Of a stretch of 9,240 nt of DNA, positions 1 to 5,080 are shown in pieces. The translations under genes and the position numbers were made by a program. This DNA is from Escherichia coli (lineage in GTDB: Bacteria; Pseudomonadota; Gammaproteobacteria; Enterobacterales; Enterobacteriaceae), in assembly GCF_003334385.1 (NCBI RefSeq), contig NZ_QOWN01000070.1. One strand, written 5' to 3'. The number at the start of each line of letters is the position of its first letter. The stretch's first letter is position 1. Under the pieces are notes generated by a model. That model worked only from the letters and a program-made list of their open reading frames with translations, had not been told where the DNA came from and did not search any database.

Positions 1-34
1 AGGGGCTGAAGCCGCATTTCTGTATCACCATGAA

Positions 35-216
35 CATGGTGCCGGGTGCCTCCCGGTGAGTTCAGCCCGGTGCCACTAAACCCGCGTCATTCTCGTTTTG
101 ATAATCAGAGATTATACCGTCACCAGTCGCCCCTCCGCTCAGGGGGATTCACCATGCGAAATTTTTTTAACAAATGCCCAGTCTGACAGGCAACTGTCAA
201 CTTACTGAATTGTGAG
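35..216. repeat. Copy A of a ~180-bp imperfect direct repeat with hairpin-forming cores; candidate structured RNA or sRNA unit
   Basis: Three blocks recur about 483-484 bp downstream in the same order: 35-65 is identical to 519-549 (31/31), 129-157 matches 612-640 (28/29), and 205-216 is identical to 688-699. Block 1 contains the inverted repeat ccggg-tgcct-cccgg; block 2 contains cccct-ccgctc-agggg. Confidence 0.6.
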
Positions 217-253
217 CAACATAGCATTTAACGGGGAACCTGTTTTCTGCAGT

Positions 254-280
254 AAAAAGGCCCACCGGAGCGGATGGGCC
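254..280 (-). terminator. Intrinsic (rho-independent) terminator, minus-strand orientation
   Basis: A-run 254-258 followed by GC-rich hairpin ggccca-ccg-gag-cgg-a-tgggcc (259-280); on the minus strand this is a hairpin followed by UUUUU. Confidence 0.55.
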
Positions 281-471
281 TGGAAGGATAGCGGTCATGT
301 GATGCCGGTTTCCCGGTAACTCAGCACCGGTATCTGAGTCAACGTTTTCTCTACTGGGTCATTTCCGATACGCCCTGCCTGCTGACAGGCTTTCATCACA
401 TCTGAAAATATAGCACCCTGACTGATACTGTAGTACCCAAGGTTCCAGAAACTGTGATGTATCCGGCACAG

Positions 472-494
472 AAAAGCCCCTCCGGAGAGGGGCT
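472..494 (-). terminator. Intrinsic terminator, minus-strand orientation
   Basis: Perfect 8-bp inverted repeat agcccctc / gaggggct with loop cgga (475-494), preceded on plus by gaaaa; the minus-strand RNA is a hairpin followed by UUUUCUGUG. Confidence 0.55.
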
Positions 495-518
495 GGAGAG
501 TGGCGCTATGTGCCATTG

Positions 519-699
519 CATGGTGCCGGGTGCCTCCCGGTGAGTTCAGTATCAGCACCTGAACCCGCACAGAAAGGATAAGGGTCGGTGACAAAACACC
601 AGTTGCTGATTGCCCCTCCGCACAGGGGGATTCACCATGCCAGTTTCTTTTAACAAACTCCCCGCAAACCAGACAACAGTCAACCGCCTGAATTGTGAG
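519..699. repeat. Copy B of the ~180-bp structured repeat
   Basis: Same three conserved blocks as copy A (519-549, 612-640, 688-699) with diverged spacers. A second hairpin in both copies (gttcag...ctgaac in B, gttcag...ctaaac in A) varies between copies. Confidence 0.6.
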
Positions 700-704
700 A
701 CATT

Positions 705-729
705 TAAAAAAAAGCCCGCAAAAGCGAGC
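705..729 (-). terminator. Intrinsic terminator downstream of the tRNA cluster, minus-strand orientation
   Basis: A-run 705-713 then hairpin gcccgc-aaaa-gcgagc (714-729). The single C/A mismatch on plus becomes a G-U wobble in the minus-strand RNA, followed by eight or more U. Confidence 0.6.
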
Positions 730-744
730 CAGGGAAAATAAGTG

Positions 745-821
745 TGGCGCGTTCTACTGTATTCGAACCAGTGACCGATTGCTTAGAAGGCAATTGCTCT
801 GTCCGGCTGAGCTAACAACGC
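745..821 (-). tRNA. tRNA-Arg (anticodon UCU), phage-type (argO-like position)
   Basis: Minus-strand read: GCGTTGT-TA-GCTC-AGCCGGACA-GAGC-A-ATTGC-CTTCTAA-GCAAT-CGGTC-ACTGG-TTCGAAT-ACAGT-AGAACGC-G-CCA. D and anticodon stems are perfect, the T-loop is TTCGAAT, and the 3' CCA is encoded. One mismatch each in the acceptor stem and T-stem. Confidence 0.7.
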
Positions 822-834
822 AGGATACAGATAA

Positions 835-911
835 TGAACCGCCTTCGGGGACCCGAACTCCGCGCAACCAGCTTCGAAGGCTGGCGCTCTTTCCTGATGA
901 GCTAATGGCGG
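835..911 (-). tRNA. tRNA-like gene, possibly tRNA-Arg (anticodon UCG) or a degenerate tRNA pseudogene (argN-like position)
   Basis: Minus-strand read: CCGCCAT-TA-GCTC-ATCAGGAAA-GAGC-G-CCAGC-CTTCGAA-GCTGG-TTGCG-CGGAG-TTCGGGT-CCCCG-AAGGCGG-T-TCA. D and anticodon arms are perfect, but the T-loop is non-canonical (TTCGGGT), acceptor and T stems each carry one mismatch, and the 3' end reads TCA rather than CCA. Confidence 0.4.
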
Positions 912-918
912 TATGTGA

Positions 919-994
919 TGGTGGCCCTTGCTGGATTTGAACCAGCGACCTGGCGATTATGAGTCGCTCACTCTCACCACTGAGCTAAAGGGCC
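919..994 (-). tRNA. tRNA with anticodon CAU (tRNA-Ile2 or tRNA-Met type; ileZ-like position)
   Basis: Minus-strand read: GGCCCTT-TA-GCTC-AGTGGTGA-GAGT-G-AGCGA-CTCATAA-TCGCC-AGGTC-GCTGG-TTCAAAT-CCAGC-AAGGGCC-A-CCA. Acceptor and T stems are perfect, the T-loop is canonical, CCA is encoded; 76 nt. Confidence 0.75.
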
Positions 995-1004
995 GAGCCA
1001 AAAA

Positions 1005-1033
1005 ATAATAATCAGATGAAAATCAATAATCAA
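1005..1033 (-). promoter_or_regulatory. Sigma70-like promoter for the tRNA cluster
   Basis: On the minus strand, TTGATT (plus 1028-1033), a 17-nt spacer, then TATTAT (plus 1005-1010), ending about 10 nt upstream of the tRNA 5' end at 994. Overlaps the 3' end of the AraC-like ORF. Confidence 0.35.
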
Positions 1034-1736
1034 GCCCTTGCCTGGATACATATCTGTCTGGCGGGAAGCCATAATAGCGGTGAAATACAGAAATAAAGTA
1101 GGACCTGCTTGAATAACCGCATTTTTCTGCTATAGCCTGTCCATATCCATGCCGGGAACATAACATATTTACAGCAACACGCATCCGCTCTTCCAGCAAC
1201 AAGCGACTGAACATGCCCCCTTCATTTTTCAGTTTTGTCTTTAACAAACTCTCACTCATATGCAACTGTAGAGCAATCGCACCAAGCGTCCAGCTTGCTG
1301 ATATATCTGTCTGAATTATCGCCCTGACTTTGGCACTTATGCTGGATAAACATCCACTTAAAAACAATGACATCCGTTCATCTGTTTCAAACAGAGACAG
1401 GCAGGCCATCATAAGAAACATATCCGTGGCCTCTCCGGAAAATCCCTGGCTGGTAATTAAAGCCGCAGCCAACGCAGGATTGTTGGGTTCCAGCAACAGG
1501 TAAAGCGGAATGTCAGTCAGACGAGTCCTCGTCAGCTTATGCTGACTTTCCAGATATTGACTTACGACGGATTCGCTTATATCGACAATTTTAACTTTGC
1601 CATAATGCATAAGGAAAAGCTCCCTGATGCATTTGGTGGCCAGAACAACTGAGCCTGGCTTAAGTGACAACGTATCCTTTTCAAGAAAAATATTAATTGG
1701 GGAGCAAACCATGATAACTGAACAGACAACAGCCAT
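1023..1736 (-). CDS. AraC/XylS-family transcriptional regulator, YdeO/AppY/GadX-like
   Basis: ORF track, 237 aa, ATG start. The N-terminus MAVVCSVIMVC resembles the M-x-x-VCSV start I recall for YdeO/AppY. The C-terminal region (SESLLKTKLKNEGGMFSRLLLEERMRVA ... IAEKCGYSSRSYFISVFHRYYGFPP) has the pattern of the AraC-family HTH. From memory, not searched. Confidence 0.8.
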   Translation of the reverse strand: MAVVCSVIMVCSPINIFLEKDTLSLKPGSVVLATKCIRELFLMHYGKVKIVDISESVVSQYLESQHKLTRTRLTDIPLYLLLEPNNPALAAALITSQGFSGEATDMFLMMACLSLFETDERMSLFLSGCLSSISAKVRAIIQTDISASWTLGAIALQLHMSESLLKTKLKNEGGMFSRLLLEERMRVAVNMLCSRHGYGQAIAEKCGYSSRSYFISVFHRYYGFPPDRYVSRQGLDY

Positions 1737-1857
1737 TATAATTTTACTTTCATTAGCAATTGGTTAGCTCAATTATAGCCCCAAAAGGTAAATTATCATC
1801 AACACATAAGCAAAGGACTGACAGGTGTCGCCCCCCCACCAGCCGCCCATTCACCAC

Positions 1858-1884
1858 AAATAAAAAGCCTTCAGGACTGAAGGC
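1858..1884 (-). terminator. Intrinsic terminator at the 3' end of the small winged-helix ORF, minus-strand orientation
   Basis: A-rich run 1858-1866 then hairpin gccttca-ggac-tgaaggc (1867-1884); the minus-strand RNA is a hairpin followed by UUUUUAUUUG. Overlaps the stop codon at 1871-1873. Confidence 0.55.
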
Positions 1885-2068
1885 GTCTGTAACAACCGCA
1901 CTGATAGTCTGCCAGACCCGCCATAACAAGCTGGGTCAGTATTAACTGGCAGCGTTCGCGTGAAAGGTAAGTATTCTGCGCAATCTCCCCGACTGTCGCC
2001 GGTTCGGTAACGCTTAATTCATCAAACACAACTCTGGCGGTTTCTGTCATATCCTGCTGTTTCAGCAT
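1871..2068 (-). CDS. Small winged-helix DNA-binding protein, possibly FaeA/PapI-like
   Basis: ORF track, 65 aa, ATG start with a GGAAAGGG purine-rich stretch about 9 nt upstream. The pattern ATVGEIAQNTYLSRERCQLILTQLVMAGLA resembles the recognition-helix region of PapI/FaeA-type regulators as I recall them. Low-certainty assignment. Confidence 0.5.
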   Translation of the reverse strand: MLKQQDMTETARVVFDELSVTEPATVGEIAQNTYLSRERCQLILTQLVMAGLADYQCGCYRRLQS

Positions 2069-2192
2069 GTCTTTTTACCCTTTCCGGTTAACGTGACATA
2101 CCAATAACTCTTGTCTAAAAAGCCAGCAAGATAAAAAGCCAGTATTCACGACCACCAGCGTGTTTACTGTACTGCACCAAGTTTACAGGTAC

Positions 2193-2217
2193 AAAAAACC
2201 CGCTCAGTGGCGGGTTT
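2193..2217 (-). terminator. Intrinsic terminator (minus-strand, possibly weakly bidirectional) in the divergent intergenic region
   Basis: A6 run 2193-2198, perfect 6-bp hairpin acccgc-tcagtg-gcgggt (2198-2215), then ttt. The minus-strand RNA is a hairpin followed by UUUUUUGU; on the plus strand only three U follow. Confidence 0.5.
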
Positions 2218-2281
2218 AAGTTGTGTGGCGAAGTAACCACTCTTAACACAATACAATACTTTTTGCGTACGCGTTAGTGTT

Positions 2282-2322
2282 TTGATAGAATTTTCAGCCA
2301 CATAAAAATTCATTCTTATAAT
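2282..2322 (+). promoter_or_regulatory. Putative promoter elements upstream of the AT-rich cassette
   Basis: TATAAT at 2317-2322, 12 nt upstream of the ATG at 2335, and TTGATA at 2282-2287. The 29-nt spacing is too long for a canonical -35/-10 pair, so only the -10 is credible. Confidence 0.3.
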
Positions 2323-2334
2323 TCGGGATATATA

Positions 2335-3510
2335 ATGGATATAACTTGTTTAGAATGTGGCAATGTTCTTGACGACCCAACTGTAGCTTGCGATAAATGC
2401 GGTGCCACGCCTCATGTTGTAGTGCTGGGCAAACAATCGTACTTTCCTATTGGTGCTGTAACAGCAAATCTTGAAAAAAATGATTCAAGAGCATTTGATT
2501 ATCGATTAGGTGAAGTTTGGGATCTAAAAAATGAAGTCACATCTGAATTCATAACCAGAATTGAGAAAAAATTTAGCCGAAAAAACAAATTTCATAACTT
2601 CCTAGACTCAGATCACAACCCTTCATCCATTCCTACGATCCTAAAAAAATACATTAATAAAAATAATGAATTCATTGATTTATCTAGAGCTATAATAGAG
2701 AAGCTTAAACATAATGCTAATAACGAATCGAGAGTTGCCCAACTTCAGGGGGGGAGCGTTGTTTTCATCCACTATAAGTCTACCGAACCAGAGGATTTGG
2801 GGAAACTTCTAATCGTAATGGTTGATAAACAAAGCGCCTATGACTTTGATTCGGATAAGTTGACCCCAACAAGATTAAATCCAATTAATACCGATGCCTT
2901 ACGGCAGGCTGCGATGTTCGATTTAACTTTATTCGAAGCCAGTTATCCAGAAAACAAGGGTGACTCATATGTACATTTCTTGCAAGGTAAATCTAAAAGC
3001 GATTTTTTCAAAGACTCATTAGGTTGCCGACATGATTCGGACAATAAAAGAAGCATTCAGCAATTATTCAGTGCTATAGATATTTTTGCTAGTAAAAACT
3101 CACTCGGTCGTGTACTGCGTGATACTATTGACAATGAAGTTAAATCCTTACTGGAAAAAAAATCAAAAGATAAACACGGAAATAAGTCCGTTAAGATAGA
3201 GGATATTTCAAAAATAATTGACTCATGCCTGACTGATTCACACAAATGTAAGGGAACGTTTGTCGATTTTGTTAATCTTAATGGTTTCCAGATTGACCCT
3301 CAATTTGAACCAACTCCTAAAGCAGCTGAAAGCGCGCTTACAATTGAAGTGGCAGATAACGACAATAATTTTAAGTTGAAAATAATGCGTGGAGCTATTG
3401 GAGACGAAAAGTCAAATAAGCCTGTAATTCTCACTGACAACAAATGCGAAATTGTGATAAAATTGAGTCAGGCAAATTATGATGAACTCAAAAGATATAG
3501 AGACAGCTAA
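2335..3510 (+). CDS. Cassette gene 1: N-terminal zinc-ribbon fused to an NdpA/YejK-like (NA37 family) nucleoid-associated-protein-like domain
   Basis: ORF track, 391 aa. The DNA is AT-rich (about 30% GC on a sampled 60-nt line, versus about 58% on a sampled line in the helicase gene). CxxC-x10-CxxC at C5, C8, C19, C22. The motifs GGSVVFIHY ... LLIVMVD ... AAMFDLTLF ... YVHFLQGKSKSDFFKDSLG match the order and spacing I recall for E. coli YejK (GG-V-LF-HY ... LLVAVL ... ARIDLTEW ... [22 protein letters not shown]). From memory, not verified. Confidence 0.8.
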   Translation: MDITCLECGNVLDDPTVACDKCGATPHVVVLGKQSYFPIGAVTANLEKNDSRAFDYRLGEVWDLKNEVTSEFITRIEKKFSRKNKFHNFLDSDHNPSSIPTILKKYINKNNEFIDLSRAIIEKLKHNANNESRVAQLQGGSVVFIHYKSTEPEDLGKLLIVMVDKQSAYDFDSDKLTPTRLNPINTDALRQAAMFDLTLFEASYPENKGDSYVHFLQGKSKSDFFKDSLGCRHDSDNKRSIQQLFSAIDIFASKNSLGRVLRDTIDNEVKSLLEKKSKDKHGNKSVKIEDISKIIDSCLTDSHKCKGTFVDFVNLNGFQIDPQFEPTPKAAESALTIEVADNDNNFKLKIMRGAIGDEKSNKPVILTDNKCEIVIKLSQANYDELKRYRDS

Positions 3511-3512
3511 TA

Positions 3513-4727
3513 ATGACAATTGCTGATGACTTATCAAGATTAGCGCAGATTATTAACGGAGCCTCAAGCAGAGTTGAGGGCTACTACACTGTCATAAGTC
3601 TTGAAGAAAGCATTGTTATTGTAAATAGTTCTGAAATAATTAGACTGTTACAATCTATAGGTTATAAAAAGGCAACAACCTGCATCGAAAATAATGAAAT
3701 TTGGCTAGATCGCCAAGCTTCATCTTGGGATGACGCTATAATTTATGAGAATGTTGAGTCTTTTTGGTCTAGAGTAAACACCCAAAACGCTCTTCCGAAA
3801 AATTATATCATCGGAACGCCGTTAATACTCCCTACTTCTAAGAATGAAAGCATCGAAAAAATCCATATTTTCTTTATGTGGAAAGATATCCTTTCATTAA
3901 TTGCTGATCATCATAACAGTGACTGCTCTGTCTTATTTTTCACCAATGAAGACAAAAGTTATACAGTCGAACTCACGCATTTTTTACAATATAGCGAGAT
4001 TAATCGCTTATCGAACTCGTCTCTTAAATATGAAATTATAAAGGAGCTTCTCGACACAATAAAAATCAATGATTTACACAAAAGCGAGCGCAAGCTCGTT
4101 ATACGCTCAGCCATAAACGAAGTATTTAAAGCAAATGGTACGTTCAATTTCTTTGACTTGCTTAACTCTACTGAACTCGTCAGGAAAAAATATGATGAAC
4201 TATATGAGATTTACACAAAGAGGTTTTCTGTAAATAAAATTCTTAACGAACTCGATGAGAAAAATCTTGAGTTCACGAGTAAAATTAACGAATTCATATC
4301 ATCTAATCAGACAAAAGCATTGACTATTCCCGGTGCATTAATAGCTGCTGGTGGCTTAGTGAAGGCTAATGAAACAACCGAAGCAATATTGATTATCGCA
4401 GGACTTTGGATGATAAAAAAAGTCAATTACATTTCTATTGAGATATTCAATGAAACATTCGACAACTTACGTTCTCGAGTGGAGTCCGCTTTCGATAAGT
4501 ATTTAAAGTTTGAAGAAAATAAAGAAATCAAAGATAATGCAGATAGTATTAAGAGTAGCATTACAGGTTTGATTGATAAAGCTAAAAAAAGGATGAGAAC
4601 TGTTAAATATCTCGCATCAGCCATGTTTTATGGAGGCCTTATTTACGTTGGATATAAACAGTTCCCAGTCTTTTTTGAAAAATCGGCAGTAAATCTATTT
4701 TATTTTTTATGCCATACTATAAGCTAA
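3513..4727 (+). CDS. Cassette gene 2: predicted membrane-associated protein of unknown function (candidate effector)
   Basis: ORF track, 404 aa. The ATG lies 2 nt after the gene 1 stop, indicating an operon. AT-rich. Hydrophobic segments ALTIPGALIAAGGLV and AILIIAGLWMI (about nt 4318-4420) and the C-terminal YLASAMFYGGLIYVGY (about nt 4608-4680). No catalytic motif recognised. Confidence 0.8.
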   Translation: MTIADDLSRLAQIINGASSRVEGYYTVISLEESIVIVNSSEIIRLLQSIGYKKATTCIENNEIWLDRQASSWDDAIIYENVESFWSRVNTQNALPKNYIIGTPLILPTSKNESIEKIHIFFMWKDILSLIADHHNSDCSVLFFTNEDKSYTVELTHFLQYSEINRLSNSSLKYEIIKELLDTIKINDLHKSERKLVIRSAINEVFKANGTFNFFDLLNSTELVRKKYDELYEIYTKRFSVNKILNELDEKNLEFTSKINEFISSNQTKALTIPGALIAAGGLVKANETTEAILIIAGLWMIKKVNYISIEIFNETFDNLRSRVESAFDKYLKFEENKEIKDNADSIKSSITGLIDKAKKRMRTVKYLASAMFYGGLIYVGYKQFPVFFEKSAVNLFYFLCHTIS

Positions 4728-5063
4728 CATTGCTAAACAGCCGTCAACAAACCCCATTGCAGTTTGCAGTTCCTTCCTAATTGTGCCATCAGAGCATTTT
4801 CTCTTCTTCGCAATAGTACGTAATGAGATACCGATAACAAAGTGGGCGATGATGAGCTCATATTCCTCTGGTTTATACCTTCTCAACCGAGCCACACAAC
4901 TGTCTATCATGATGCCTTCGTCATCATCACACTGAATCCGTGACTTTTTGCCATGAGGTAAAAGTCCCTTGAAACCAGCCGCTATCGGCTGCCAGTCCAC
5001 TCCGCTATTGTCTGAAGCAGCCCAAGCTCCCCAACGATCCATTACTTCATACATATCACGCAT
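4707..5063 (-). CDS. Phage antitermination protein Q (QuuD-like small Q family)
   Basis: The ORF track calls 4707..5078 from a TTG. I prefer the in-frame ATG at 5061-5063, which has GGAGA 6 nt upstream and gives MRDMYEVMDRWGAWAA..., matching the M-R-D...ERWGAWAA start I recall for DLP12 QuuD-type Q proteins. The 3' end overlaps cassette gene 2 convergently by 21 bp. Confidence 0.75.
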   Translation of the reverse strand: MRDMYEVMDRWGAWAASDNSGVDWQPIAAGFKGLLPHGKKSRIQCDDDEGIMIDSCVARLRRYKPEEYELIIAHFVIGISLRTIAKKRKCSDGTIRKELQTAMGFVDGCLAMLAYSMA

Positions 5064-5080
5064 CAACTTTCTCCACAAAA

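Noticed and set aside
295-594. 99-aa minus-strand ORF from the track
   Set aside because: It runs through the terminator hairpin at 472-494 and the conserved repeat blocks, and I recognise no protein signature in it; most likely a chance ORF over structured non-coding DNA.
1-729. Possible CRISPR array
   Set aside because: The repeat units are about 180 bp with a period of about 484 bp and diverged internal spacers, not short 25-40 bp repeats with unique spacers.
1-745. Shiga-toxin-like cargo downstream of the tRNA cluster, as in Stx phages
   Set aside because: No ORF of suitable size or character lies between the tRNAs and the window start; the interval holds only repeats and terminators. 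Anything beyond the window start cannot be assessed.
695-940. 81-aa plus-strand ORF from the track
   Set aside because: It lies antisense across the three tRNA genes and the terminator; an artefact of tRNA sequence.
745-994. tRNAs as a host integration site (attachment-site tRNA)
   Set aside because: Three clustered tRNAs internal to the phage late-region leader, with phage-type anticodons, fit a phage-borne cluster rather than a host attB tRNA; no integrase or att repeat is nearby.
1760-1945. 61-aa plus-strand ORF
   Set aside because: It overlaps the terminator hairpin and is antisense to the small winged-helix gene; no ribosome-binding site and no recognisable motif.
3057-4624. Three short minus-strand ORFs (3057..3245, 3959..4147, 4427..4624) inside the cassette genes
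   Set aside because: Antisense shadow ORFs within long, well-supported plus-strand genes in AT-rich DNA.
2335-4727. Cassette as a known two-gene system such as Kiwa
   Set aside because: Gene order, sizes and domain content as I recall them do not match (here the soluble nucleic-acid-binding protein comes first and the membrane protein second); no named system could be assigned from memory.
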